Positions 32,007-41,626 of a stretch of 64,000 nt of DNA are shown in pieces. The notes below the pieces were generated by a model. The model was not told the origin of the DNA. It made no database searches and worked only from the letters and a program-made list of their open reading frames with translations. Made by a program: the position numbers and the translations under genes. Source of the DNA: an uncultured Actinomycetes bacterium (GTDB lineage Bacteria; Actinomycetota; Actinomycetes; Streptosporangiales; Streptosporangiaceae); contig CAVZGW010000006.1 of NCBI GenBank assembly GCA_963774825.1, positions 66,124 through 130,123 of the forward strand, in the 5' to 3' direction. Each line of letters starts with the position of its first letter. Within the stretch, counting starts at the first letter, position 1.

Positions 32007-32858
32007 TCAAGTGCGAACTGAACCCGGAGCACTCGGCCGGACAATCGCGTAGAAACCCGGGATCGGCTCGAAGTTGTCCGTTGTGGTGAGGGGCACGCCG
32101 TGCATAGTCATCGGCCCGCTCTTGAGCGTTTCCCAGTACGCGGGCTGGAACAGCGCTGCTAGCTGCACTTCATCGAAATGCCGGGGTGGCTTAATGCCCG
32201 CCGCGATGCACTTCCGGAGCGGCTCAGGCATGGCCGTCGCGGTCGCGCCCTGGGCTACCAGCTGATCGAGCGGATCGCCCGCATAGTTAGTCTCCGCGAA
32301 GTAGACCGTGCCCCGCCGGCCGACGATGTCGCGGAGATTCGCCACCGCTCGCTCGCGCTGCTCGACGTCGAAGACGTGGAACACGCCACGCACGAAAACA
32401 TTTGCTTCGCCCAGCTCCTCGAAGAGCTTCTGGCCTGCGCCAGCCGCGCTTGCGTCGAGAACACGGTAGGTGACGTTGTCCACCTCGCTGGACTCCTCCT
32501 CGGCCCGCCTGACGGCGTGCGCGGAAATGTCGATGCCCAGCACCTTGGGGAAGCTGCCCGATAGCAGCCGCGAGAACCGGCCATTGCCGCAGCCGATGTC
32601 GACTATGGGAAGATCCCGGGCCATGTGCTCCAAAGCGAGAGTGCGTACACGGTTGAGTTCCTCGGTGCTGGCCGCATCCCAAATCACTTCCCCGTCCGCG
32701 CCGGTACGCTGGATACCCGCCCAGAATCGATCCCATGCCAAACCCTGATCGCGGGGCGATCGAACTCCGTACCAAATGAGCTGCGGAATGAGCAAATACT
32801 TATAGAAACCCACGATGCAGATATTATCATTAGAATGTTGGCGACGCCGAGCCTCCAC
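32007..32858 (-). CDS. class I SAM-dependent methyltransferase
   Basis: Motif I: LPIVDIGCGNGRFSRLL, then KVLGIDIS.HAV. Post-I and motif II are consistent. The N-terminal start is uncertain. Confidence 0.75.
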   Translation of the reverse strand: MEARRRQHSNDNICIVGFYKYLLIPQLIWYGVRSPRDQGLAWDRFWAGIQRTGADGEVIWDAASTEELNRVRTLALEHMARDLPIVDIGCGNGRFSRLLSGSFPKVLGIDISAHAVRRAEEESSEVDNVTYRVLDASAAGAGQKLFEELGEANVFVRGVFHVFDVEQRERAVANLRDIVGRRGTVYFAETNYAGDPLDQLVAQGATATAMPEPLRKCIAAGIKPPRHFDEVQLAALFQPAYWETLKSGPMTMHGVPLTTTDNFEPIPGFYAIVRPSAPGSVRT

Positions 32859-32861
32859 AGC

Positions 32862-33725
32862 CTGTGCGTTCCGAGAATTCCGTCCATGGCTCTGACCTGC
32901 AGGTTTGCGCGACCAGCCGTCGGGCCGTGATGATCGCCGATCATGTGCCTGCGGTTTACCTTCCTCCTGATCACGCGGGAGGCTTCATGGCTGCGACTAT
33001 CCCAGCGTGAGGAGACGTGGAAGACCGCCGAGATCTTGATCCTGCGCCACCAGCTCGCGGTCCTGCAGCGGCGGCAGCCGCGCCGCCGGAACCTGAACTG
33101 GGCGGACCGGGCCTTGATCTCGGCCCTGCTCGGCGTAATACCCAAAGCGCGCCGCCACGGGATGTGCCTGCTGGTAGCCACCGACACGATTCTGCGCTGG
33201 GGGAGTGAAGGTAGCGGCATCGACGCCGTGGGAAATTCTGAAGAATGCCGGAATCGACCCGGCGCCGCGGCGGACCGGTCCGACCTGGTCGCAGTTACTG
33301 CGTTCTCAGGCCGACGCGATCCTGGCGTGCGACTTCTTCACGACCGAGCTGCTCGACGGCACCCAGGCCTATGTCCTGGCCGTAATAGAGCACGCGACCC
33401 GCCGCATCCGCATCCTCGGAATCACCCGCATCCAACCGGAGAATGGACCGCCCAGCAGGGCACGCAACCTGATCATGGACCTCGGCGAGCAGGCGCACCT
33501 GGCCGCCGCGAGGTGCTGGACCGCACCCTTGTCTGGAATCAGAGCCATCTGCGGCGGATCCTGCGTGACTACGAGATGCACCACAATCAGCAACGGCCGC
33601 ACCGCTCCCTGCACGGCGCCGCGCCGCTGAAACCGCTACCCGAACCGATCAATCTCGATCAGTACCGCGTCCGAAAACAGGCTCGTGTTGGTGGCCTGAT
33701 CAACGAATATCGCGTGGTTGCATGA
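32862..33725 (+). pseudogene. rve-integrase-type IS copy with terminal repeat, frameshifts and internal deletion
   Basis: FLLITREASWLRLSQREETWKTAEILILRHQLAVLQRRQPRR / GPTWSQLLRSQADAILACDFFTTELLDGTQAYVLAVIEHATRRIRILGIT / HLRRILRDYEMHHNQQRPHRSLHGAAPLKPLPEP...RVGGLINEYRVVA-stop. Confidence 0.75.
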
Positions 33726-33790
33726 CGTAGACGAGGTTTTCGGCACGCACAGCCCATGCCGATGTGAGACCGTTTCTGTTTATGGGCGAC

Positions 33791-34967
33791 TAGTGTCGTG
33801 TAATTGAATCTGCTTTACTTTGGCCGATTAGCATGTAATAATAGAAGTATGGATATTACGCTGGAAGAGCGCGCGGAACTTGATTCTATCATTTCTGTTG
33901 GCTACGACGGATCTCTGTCGTCCCGCGCCCAGATGGTGCTGTGGCACGCTGACGGATGTACTTTCGCGGAGATTGCGCGCAGGGCAGGCACGACGAAGCC
34001 TACGGCTTCCCTCTGGATCGGCCGTTACGAGCAGGGCGGGATCGGCGCGCTGGAAGACCGGAGGCCGACGGGAAGGCCACCATCTGTATCCGGGCGGGTG
34101 AGATCGAGAATTATCGCTCTTACAAGGTCGAGCCCTCCGGAGGAGACTGGTCTCACGCACTGGTCCAGTCGTGAGATGGCAAGGTACCTGAAGCGGCATG
34201 AGGGCATCAGCGTGTCCCACAACTTCATCTCCGAGTTGTGGCTGGAGAATGATCTCAGGCCGCACCGGCAAGGCACCTTCAAGATTTCCACGGATCCGGA
34301 CTTCGCTGCGAAGGTTGTCGACGTTGTCGGGTTGTATCTCGACCCGCCCGCCGGTGCGGTGGTGCTCAGCGTGGACGAGAAGACGCAGGTCCAGGCGCTC
34401 TCCAGGACCCAGCCGATGCTCCCGCTCGACTTCGGGAAGGCAGAGAAGAGAACGCACGACTATAAGCGCCATGGTACGACGAACCTGTTCGCCGCGTTGA
34501 ATGTCCTTACCGGCGTGGTAAAAGGCAGGTGCTTCGATCGGCGGCGTACCGGGGAGTTCTTGAGCTTCATGAACGCCGCGATCAGGGGGTATCCGAAGTC
34601 CCGGGAGATCCATGTCATTCTCGATAACCTGTCGACTCACAGCAATCCCGCGGTGGACGAATGGCTGGCGAAGCACCCGAACGTGAAGTTCCACTTTACC
34701 CCGAAGGGCGGCTCGTGGATCAACCAGATCGAGACGTTCTTCGGAATTATCACGCGTCAGGCGATCAGGCGCGGCGACTTCAAGTCAGTCGCTCATCTGA
34801 TCAAGAAGATCAATGACTACATCGAGCACTGGAATGAGGATTCTAGGCCATTTGAGTGGACGGCAACCGCGAGTGAGATCTTGGCGAAGATCGCCCTGCT
34901 TGATCGCGATTACAGGAAGCTTGTCGCCAACAACATCAAATAAAGCACCTTCTATTACGAGACACTA
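33791..34967 (+). mobile_element. intact IS630-family insertion sequence
   Basis: Inverted repeats TAGTGTCGTGTAAT (33791) and ATTACGAGACACTA (34954-34967), each with a terminal TA. A single intact transposase ORF. Low GC relative to the flanks. Confidence 0.85.
33849..34943 (+). CDS. IS630-family transposase
   Basis: HTH: AEIARRAGTTKPTASLWIGRYEQGGIGALEDRRPTGRPP. DDE region: VLSVDEKTQVQAL...HDYKRHGTTNLFAAL...HVILDNLSTH...HFTPKGGSWINQIETFF. Confidence 0.85.
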   Translation: MDITLEERAELDSIISVGYDGSLSSRAQMVLWHADGCTFAEIARRAGTTKPTASLWIGRYEQGGIGALEDRRPTGRPPSVSGRVRSRIIALTRSSPPEETGLTHWSSREMARYLKRHEGISVSHNFISELWLENDLRPHRQGTFKISTDPDFAAKVVDVVGLYLDPPAGAVVLSVDEKTQVQALSRTQPMLPLDFGKAEKRTHDYKRHGTTNLFAALNVLTGVVKGRCFDRRRTGEFLSFMNAAIRGYPKSREIHVILDNLSTHSNPAVDEWLAKHPNVKFHFTPKGGSWINQIETFFGIITRQAIRRGDFKSVAHLIKKINDYIEHWNEDSRPFEWTATASEILAKIALLDRDYRKLVANNIK

Positions 34968-35434
34968 GCGTTAGAGGGGCTTGCCACCGAGATATCCGAA
35001 ATCAATTGATCAACATTCTTGACAATTTCCTGATAAGCTTTTTCCCTGTAAAGCTCCCTTTCGGATTCGACATCGGAAATCCTACCTGGTTCGCCAATAT
35101 CGGCGACTGACCATATACGCGGGCTAGCAGGAAATGTCACGCACCGCAGGCACTCGTCGTAGACTCGCTGATTCATGCAGACTGTATTATCAGCCTTCTC
35201 CAGACGCGACTGGGTCAGCTGATCTCCATAGCCGACCTTGGCAAATCCCCGTATGCCGTGCACCCCAAGGAGCTCGAGCGTTCTTCTGTAGTAGGCCAGA
35301 TTACTTGCTTTATCCAGGGCCGCGGTCGTACCGCTTGACAGGACGCTCGAATCCTTGATCCCGAGCGAGTTCAGGTAGGCTTCCGCGATAATGCTCCTGA
35401 ACGAGTTTCCGCGGCATATGAAGTGGATAATCAT
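34955..35434 (-). CDS. low-molecular-weight phosphotyrosine phosphatase / ArsC-type fold
   Basis: N-terminal C-X5-R-S loop: IHFICRGNSFRSIIAEAY. Low GC. The last 3 sense codons (SVS) and the stop lie inside the IS630 right inverted repeat. Confidence 0.75.
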   Translation of the reverse strand: MIIHFICRGNSFRSIIAEAYLNSLGIKDSSVLSSGTTAALDKASNLAYYRRTLELLGVHGIRGFAKVGYGDQLTQSRLEKADNTVCMNQRVYDECLRCVTFPASPRIWSVADIGEPGRISDVESERELYREKAYQEIVKNVDQLISDISVASPSNASVS

Positions 35435-35920
35435 CCCGCTATGCTAGCAAACGTGGCGTTTTCGGCACAACGTCGCGCTGGCTAAAATGCCGGGCCAAGC
35501 GGTCGATGTCGGCCAGGTCGGTGTCCTCGCGCCACTCGTCAACGTGCTATTCGCAGTCTGGAGATAGTCTCGATCCCTCACGCCAGGTCCCCGGCGTGTG
35601 CTACCGCAAACTAGGCACGCCGGTGACGGGCTAAGCGATGGCATGCATCTGGCCGGGCAGTCCGAAGGCATGGCGGCGCTGGGGCGGCTGAGTCTGGACG
35701 GTGTCGAGCTTGACACGGGACCATCCGTACCCGCAGCGCGACCGCGGCCGCATCAGCGCCTGGATCGCCGTGGAAGACTGGCACGGCTGGGGCGCCCTAA
35801 AAGACAACAGCAGCCAGCCGGGCTAGCGAACGGTTGAGCACCTCAGCAATTTGGCGCGAGCCCGAACTGGATGTTCTGCGCGCAGCCCCAAGGCTCATCA
35901 CATGCGCTCACGGACGGCAC

Positions 35921-36289
35921 TAAATGGGCGATCTGCGCTAGGGGCCGATTCCACATGCAAGGTCAGCTGGTCACGATACGTGAACGCAGCCACTGGGCCG
36001 TCGGCCGTCCGGCAGGTGGATCGTAGATTGCCAGCGCCCGGCCGCGTGCTACCTCGAGGCCCACAATTTACCCACAAGTCCGCGGTCGGGCGCAGCCCCC
36101 GCAGGAAGCCGACAGACGAAACGGAACTATACGGTACTCGGCGGCACGGTCGCCATAATGGCTACAAGACCGGCTGGCCAGCGACAATGCGGATGAGCTG
36201 GGCTTTTAAATGCTCGTCGAACTATGGTTTCAATGGTGATAGGACCCCTGAAAAGCGGAAGGTCGGCGGTTCGACCCGCCCCTTGGTCA
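35921..36289 (+). repeat. Phe-module copy 3 (most complete): leader remnant, GGTCAGC acceptor strand, ~280-nt arm, tRNA-Phe 3' half
   Basis: GGTCAGC at 35961. The arm is collinear with 7451-7722. 36248-36289 reads CTGAAAA-GCGGA-AGGTC-GGCGG-TTCGAC-CCGCC-CCTTGGTCA (3' acceptor strand mutated). The 3' end overlaps the stop codon of the S9 peptidase gene. Confidence 0.65.
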
Positions 36290-38233
36290 AGCCGGTGATC
36301 CTCGGCCATCGGACGCTTCATCGCGAAGCCACCGGTCGAACCATGCACGCGTGCGCCGGAGCAGGTCGAGCTGGTGATTGCGCTCCGCGAATCCGTGTCC
36401 CTCACGCGGGTAGATGACGAGTTCGTGCTCGGCCCCGTACCAGCTGAGCGCGCGGTGGAAGTAGATCGCCTGGCTGACCGGCACGTTGGTGTCGTCCTCG
36501 CCGTGCACGATCAGCACCGGGGTGCGGATCTTCGACGCAAACGAGATCGGGCTCACTTGGTCGTGCGGGTGCGGGCCGCTGCCCTCCCAGCCGCAACTGC
36601 CGCTGAGCTCAGCTTCTAGAGTTCCCCCTTCGCCGGTCGCGACGAGCATCCCCCAGTCACTGATCCCGGCGACCATCATGGCGGCCTTGAACCGGTCGGT
36701 CTGCCCGATCGCCCAGGCTGCCATGAACCCGCCATGGCTGGCACCGCCGATTCCAAGCCGGTCCGGGTCCGCGACCCCCTCGGCAATCAGCAGGTCGATC
36801 CCGCTGATGATGTCGCTCCATTCGCTGCCGCCGACCGAGCGCGCGACCGTCGCCGCGAAATCACGGCCATGACCCACCCCGCCCCGCGGGTTAGGCAGGA
36901 ACACGGCGTATCCCGCAGTCGCGAGCCACTGTCCCGTAGGATGCGGGGCGAGCATGAACTCGTCGGCATACCGGGCATCAGGGCCGCCGTGCACCAATGT
37001 GATGAGCGGGAACGGGCCGTCCGCGCGGTTGCGGCCGGGCGGCAATACGAGCAGGCCGTCGAGGCCGAGGCCGTCCGATGCCCGATAGGACAGGCGTTCT
37101 TGGCTTCCCCATCTGATCGCGCGCAGGGCAGGCCGGGTGTCACTGAGCCGGATGAGCTGGCCTCCGGGCGGTCCGGCATGGACGTTCACCGGCTCATAGG
37201 AGGTACTGGCCAGCGCCGCGATCACCTCGCCGGAACGACACGCGGTGAGCGAGTCCGCCAGGCCATCCCGAGCGGACACGCACCCGAACCGCAGCAGGTC
37301 AGGGTCGAGCCGGTAGATCGCGGTGTCGAGCCCGTCCGCGAACAAGGCCAGCGGCGGGCCGTTCGCGACCTGCGCCAGCTCCGTCGGGCAGACAGCCATG
37401 CCCGCGGTCAGGTCACGATGCACAGCGGCAGCCGCGGAGACGGCGACATCGCAGACGGCGTCGCCGCCGAACGGCTCGGGCATTGCCAGGTAGGCCAGGT
37501 GCCAGCAGCCGTCGGCCTGCCACCAGACCGGTGACCGCGCCTCGGTCCCGATCCGGCCCAGATCACGGGCCGTCTTGGTCTCCAGATCGACCACATGCAA
37601 CTCGCCGGTGTTCACGCCCCGATCCTTCTCCGGACCCGCCCAGCTGATCGCCGCCAGCGCGCCCCCGTCCGGCCGCGCCGCCAGCTCCACGACGTGACGG
37701 TCGCCGAGGCCGTCTACCGTACGCAGCTCGCCTGTGGCCAGGTCAAGCACCCGCAGCCTGCCGCAGCGCAGCTGCTGTCCCCAGACGAACGCGTCGTCGC
37801 GCTCGGCGCGCCGGCGCTTGTCCTCCTCGGTTGGCTCGTCCGTGGCCACCACGGCGACCAGCCGGGCACCCGCAAGCGGCCAGGCATCAGAGATCTCGCC
37901 GCGCCAGTCCGTCAGGACCTCGGCCTCCCCGCCACCGATTCGGACCCGGTACAGCTGACGGGAGCCGGTGCGATCCGACAAGAAAAACACCGACGCCGAA
38001 TCCGGCGCCCAGCGCGGATCAGAATCTGCCGCCATACCCGCGGTCAGCTTCCACGGCGGTGAGCTACCGTCAGCAGCGGCCAGCCAGAGCGCGCACATAC
38101 AACGCTCTTCCCCGCGGCCGACCGGAGCGACGACATACGCAACCCAGCACCCATCTGGCGAGATCACCGGCTGCGACGGCACGGCGCCGTCCACCACCAG
38201 CTCCGCGGCTAGCTCCGGTGCGTCTTCGCTCAT
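36287..38233 (-). CDS. S9-family serine peptidase (prolyl oligopeptidase / acylaminoacyl peptidase type)
   Basis: Beta-propeller N-terminal half. Catalytic Ser motif: IGGASHGGFMAAWAI. Later VHGEDDTNVP and the His region YPREGHGF. Start chosen at MSEDAPE. Confidence 0.9.
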   Translation of the reverse strand: MSEDAPELAAELVVDGAVPSQPVISPDGCWVAYVVAPVGRGEERCMCALWLAAADGSSPPWKLTAGMAADSDPRWAPDSASVFFLSDRTGSRQLYRVRIGGGEAEVLTDWRGEISDAWPLAGARLVAVVATDEPTEEDKRRRAERDDAFVWGQQLRCGRLRVLDLATGELRTVDGLGDRHVVELAARPDGGALAAISWAGPEKDRGVNTGELHVVDLETKTARDLGRIGTEARSPVWWQADGCWHLAYLAMPEPFGGDAVCDVAVSAAAAVHRDLTAGMAVCPTELAQVANGPPLALFADGLDTAIYRLDPDLLRFGCVSARDGLADSLTACRSGEVIAALASTSYEPVNVHAGPPGGQLIRLSDTRPALRAIRWGSQERLSYRASDGLGLDGLLVLPPGRNRADGPFPLITLVHGGPDARYADEFMLAPHPTGQWLATAGYAVFLPNPRGGVGHGRDFAATVARSVGGSEWSDIISGIDLLIAEGVADPDRLGIGGASHGGFMAAWAIGQTDRFKAAMMVAGISDWGMLVATGEGGTLEAELSGSCGWEGSGPHPHDQVSPISFASKIRTPVLIVHGEDDTNVPVSQAIYFHRALSWYGAEHELVIYPREGHGFAERNHQLDLLRRTRAWFDRWLRDEASDGRGSPA

Positions 38234-38759
38234 GCAACGCGCCTTTCCGGCGAACATCCGCACATTTCGTAGCAGAGAGCCTGTCACAGCGGCCTTCTAG
38301 CCGGCGGAGGCGTCCTCCCCGCAGGTTAGGCTGCGCCAGGCGCGCCCGCCCGGCACGGGCGCGCCGCGATGGCTGCGCTGCTGCAGGTCAATCCGGCTCA
38401 CTGGGTAAGTGATCTTAATGCGCGGTCGCAGCGAGGCGCAGGGCCACGAGGGCGATCATGGCGCACAAGATCATGGCGCCGTGGGGTGACTGCCGGGGCG
38501 CGTTGTTGATTGGCGGGCTGGAACGGTGATCATTGCCAGTTGTGTCCGCCGTTCCTGGCCTGCCCTCGGCTGAGGAGCTGTCCGCGCTGCCGGGCCAGCC
38601 CGCCCTGGAACCGGCCGTCCTGGAAGACCTGCTCACCCGCTACCGGGCACTCACCGGCGCCGGGCTCACGGCGAACCTCTACCGGCGCACTGCCACAACG
38701 AAAGACGCCCGCCGCCTGCAGCGCCTGTATGTCTTCTTCGTGCTGGAGGTCCGCAGCCG

Positions 38760-38919
38760 CAGCCCAGTCCGGCTTGGGGCGGGCGACTTGACGGCGCAGG
38801 ACCGCGACCTCGTGCCACAGCACCAAGATTTCCACGTCTTTCGAGGCGTCGCTGCGCGCGAGCAGCGCCAGCCAGCCGGACAATCGGACCATGAGCAGAT
38901 AGGCGAGGCGGAAGAGCAC
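38760..38919 (-). pseudogene. rve-type IS transposase N-terminal fragment
   Basis: MLFRLAYLLMVRLSGWLALLARSDASKDVEILVLWHEVAVLRRQVARPKPDWA. Confidence 0.55.
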
Positions 38920-39208
38920 GAGTGCCGAGGGTAGAAGCCCAGGTCAGATGCTCTGCAGGAATTCTGGCACACCACACGGTCTTCAGCCAACGCGGCATGA
39001 GGCAGCTGGAAGCCCCATCCGCAGGGCGACTCCGAAGGGCCACGAAACCTTCATCTCCCGCACAGCACCGCATCAAGGACTCGCTCCTACATCAGGTCCT
39101 CCTTGCGTTCAGGACACACTTCGGCACCCACAACTCGGCTGGACAGACAAAAGCCAGCGGCTGAGGGCAGTTCTATTGAAAGTCTTTACCGACTTTCGGG
39201 GCGTGTGC

Positions 39209-39763
39209 TCAGGAGCGGCGGCGCGCTTGAAGCAGGACCGCGCGTACCGCTGGATGAACCAGAGTCTCCGGGCGGCCGGCGACTGCCCAGTAGCCGGCTG
39301 GCCATTCCATCTGACCGAAGTCCGCCGAAATCGGCTGTCCTGGTGGCGCGGTGCCGCCGCGCCATGTCACCTGGCCAAGTTTTGCGGTGTGGTAAGACAG
39401 GACCGACATCGGATCGTCCTGACCGGGCACGGCCGGTTCCCTATCCTCGATCCGGACCTCTGCGACCCAGCTTCCGTCCTCCATCTGGGCAAAGGGGGGT
39501 GGACCGGCATCGGCGCCGACGCTGGTGACTCCCATGGCCAGGAGCACAGCCTCTGCGATCGGCCGGGCCTGCGCCTCGCCGACCGCATCAACGGCGACCT
39601 TGATCGTGATCTCCCATCCGGCACCCGGCCCTCTAGAGCTGTCTGCTCGATCCACCTTCCCCTCCCTCCTGTCCGCGACGCGGGCTACGGTCACTAGCGA
39701 GCCTGGCACTGGTGGCACGGTGACGGCCAGGACACGCGAGTCTCCGGCGTAGCGGCTGGCCAT
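39209..39763 (-). CDS. hypothetical protein (no signal peptide), downstream partner of the secreted protein
   Basis: 184 aa counted from MASRYAGDS. It starts 5 nt after the stop of the upstream gene. No family recognised. Confidence 0.4.
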   Translation of the reverse strand: MASRYAGDSRVLAVTVPPVPGSLVTVARVADRREGKVDRADSSRGPGAGWEITIKVAVDAVGEAQARPIAEAVLLAMGVTSVGADAGPPPFAQMEDGSWVAEVRIEDREPAVPGQDDPMSVLSYHTAKLGQVTWRGGTAPPGQPISADFGQMEWPAGYWAVAGRPETLVHPAVRAVLLQARRRS

Positions 39764-39768
39764 CTGGG

Positions 39769-40281
39769 TCAGACATCCTTCCAGGCACCCCAATGGATCT
39801 TGCCCTTTGGCATACCGTCGGTGGTACCGACCCGGGCGCCGATATGCCCGTAAGTCCCCTCAATGCTGTGAGTTTCCCAGTCGACATCCACAGTATGCCG
39901 CGCACCGGCGTGGCCGATGGTCTGCTCCGGTACTGTGGTAATGCCTGTGTCGTAACGCACCTGCAGATAAGTGGTGCTGTTGCAGCTACTTGAGAGCTTG
40001 CCTTCGACCTGCAGATAGGCGCGGTTCAGAATCCCGCCGGTCCCCCCGTGGTTGATTTTCCCGACGAACTTCCCGCAGCGCACCGTCAAGGTGACATTAG
40101 CGGTGTAATTGGGTGCGTCGGTCCTAGCCACGCCAGACGACGCATGAGTCCCCCACGCTGCCGCCGGCGCCGACGCGTGCACTAGTGTAGCGGCTTGCGC
40201 TGAGCCGCTCAAGGGAACTGCTAATGCGATCACTCCCGCGCCGATCAGGCCACTGGCGAGGGCGGTCAGTTTGATTCGCAT
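39769..40281 (-). CDS. secreted hypothetical protein
   Basis: Signal peptide: MRIKLTALASGLIGAGVIALAVPLSGSAQA. Two Cys pairs in a beta-rich mature part. No family recognised. Confidence 0.55.
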   Translation of the reverse strand: MRIKLTALASGLIGAGVIALAVPLSGSAQAATLVHASAPAAAWGTHASSGVARTDAPNYTANVTLTVRCGKFVGKINHGGTGGILNRAYLQVEGKLSSSCNSTTYLQVRYDTGITTVPEQTIGHAGARHTVDVDWETHSIEGTYGHIGARVGTTDGMPKGKIHWGAWKDV

Positions 40282-40489
40282 CACATGTGCCTCCTGTGCC
40301 CGGAGCTGAGTGTGCAAATCACCGTAACATACCGCCCTTTATACCGTAACCACTCACACCGGACTGGGTGTGGGAAATGAATGTAGGTGACCGGCTGGTA
40401 ACTTCGGCTGGCCTGGTTGTCTGAGTGTGGCCGTGCCGTCAGATGGTGGGTCAGGCTGCGCCGGTGCGGGGCTGGCTGGGCGGGGTCCA

Positions 40490-40790
40490 GGTTTCTTCCC
40501 ACCGGTCGCTGGCGTCGAGGCAGCGAGGGTGAGGATGCCGTAGGCGCCGGGGAGGGTCCATCGCATGCCGGATAGTTTGCAGCGCTGGGCGACGATCGCT
40601 TTGCATCCTGCTTCCACGGCCCCGGATCCGACGAACATGCCGAGTACTTGAAGTCTCCTTCAATTTGCTCTTTGGGGTTAAGGTCTTGGCCGTAGAGGTG
40701 ATCTGGATCGTCGGGCTATCCAGAAGTAGCGGCGCGAACGTCGCCGCGATCATTTCTCTTGATTTGAGAGTATCCAGAGAGTTGATCGAA
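40490..40790 (-). pseudogene. ISKra4-family transposase C-terminal remnant
   Basis: MFVGSGAVEAGCKAIVAQRCKLSGMRWTLPGAYGILTLA, with upstream pieces in another frame. Confidence 0.55.
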
Positions 40791-40820
40791 GGCTTTTGTG
40801 ATCGGTTGAAGGCCGCGAAA

Positions 40821-40886
40821 CTGTACCCACCTTATCACTGTACTGTACCCACCTTATCACTGTACTGTACCCACCTTATCGCTCGG
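40821..40886 (+). repeat. 22-nt tandem repeat, about 2.8 units
   Basis: CTGTACCCACCTTATCACTGTA occurs twice, followed by CTGTACCCACCTTATCGCTCGG. Read directly from the sequence. AT-richer surroundings, beside the ISKra4 remnant. Confidence 0.8.
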
Positions 40887-41139
40887 AGGGTCAAGTTCTT
40901 CCCACATGAAGATGTTACGCGCGGTGCCTGAGCCCTCTATCTTTATATTTTTCTTGCCAAATATGCCCGCACTAGTGCTCACCCATTGCCGACGACCCGC
41001 GTCAGCCACCTGCGCCTGGCGCAGAGGCGGCGATACGCGCCCAGTTGACAGCCATCCCGTGTCGCCGACGGTGACCGTGAGCGCACCGGGATCGGGGTAA
41101 TGTGCGCTGCGCGGCTCTCTGCGATAAGTGCAGGGCCAT

Positions 41140-41480
41140 CCTGCAGCTCGCGCGACAGGAAGTGGACCTATCCGGGACAGCCGGGCGTGCCACCTGTAGA
41201 TCAGGCGATGGTGGCGCTGATCGGGCGCCTTGCGACGGAGAATCCGCGGTGGGGGTACCGGCGGGTGCAGGGCGAGCTGGCGCGGCTGGGGTACCGGATC
41301 GGGGCCTCGACGGTGCAGCGGATCTTGCGCCGGGGACGGATCGGCCCCGCGTCGCGTGCCGCGAGCACCTCGTGGCGAGTGTTCCTGCGCGCAGCGCGCA
41401 GGCCCGCGGGCTGCTGGCCTGCGGCTTTTTCCAGCCGCAATGGCCATCGAGCAGTCGCTCGGAACCTTCACGCCGATCGA
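41140..41480 (+). pseudogene. rve-type IS transposase fragment (HTH / N-terminal part)
   Basis: PPVDQAMVALIGRLATENPRWGYRRVQGELARLGYRIGASTVQRILRR. Confidence 0.55.
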
Positions 41481-41626
41481 CCCGGTCACCGGCATGGGAC
41501 ACTGACACTTCTGGAAGAAGTGAATCGCAGGCGTGTCGCCACGAGGAAGAGTGCTCAGAACGCGCGGCCGTGACCTGTCCCCGCTCGAAAATAGGAATTG
41601 GCTGTAGACCTGTGGTTCTTCGAGTG

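Noticed and set aside
35968-36247. Group I intron inside a tRNA-Phe gene
   Set aside because: A tRNA intron should sit in the anticodon loop after an intact acceptor, D arm and anticodon 5' strand. Here only the 7-nt acceptor strand precedes the insert. I could not recognise P7/R-S type conserved cores or a terminal G context. A covariance-model search would settle it.
35941-36289. tmRNA (ssrA) gene: starts GGGGCCGATTCC, is about 350 nt long and ends with a T arm and acceptor-like strand. It contains a short frame ending ...YLAARSL or ...YSAARSP.
   Set aside because: The 3' part includes a complete tRNA-Phe anticodon loop (GAA), 3' anticodon stem and variable loop, which tmRNAs lack. The 5' GGGG does not pair with the 3' end. 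The candidate tag frame is broken by indels between copies and does not end in the canonical ALAA-stop.
40821-40886. CRISPR array
   Set aside because: The repeats are directly adjacent with no spacers, there are only about 2.8 units, and there are no cas genes anywhere in the window.
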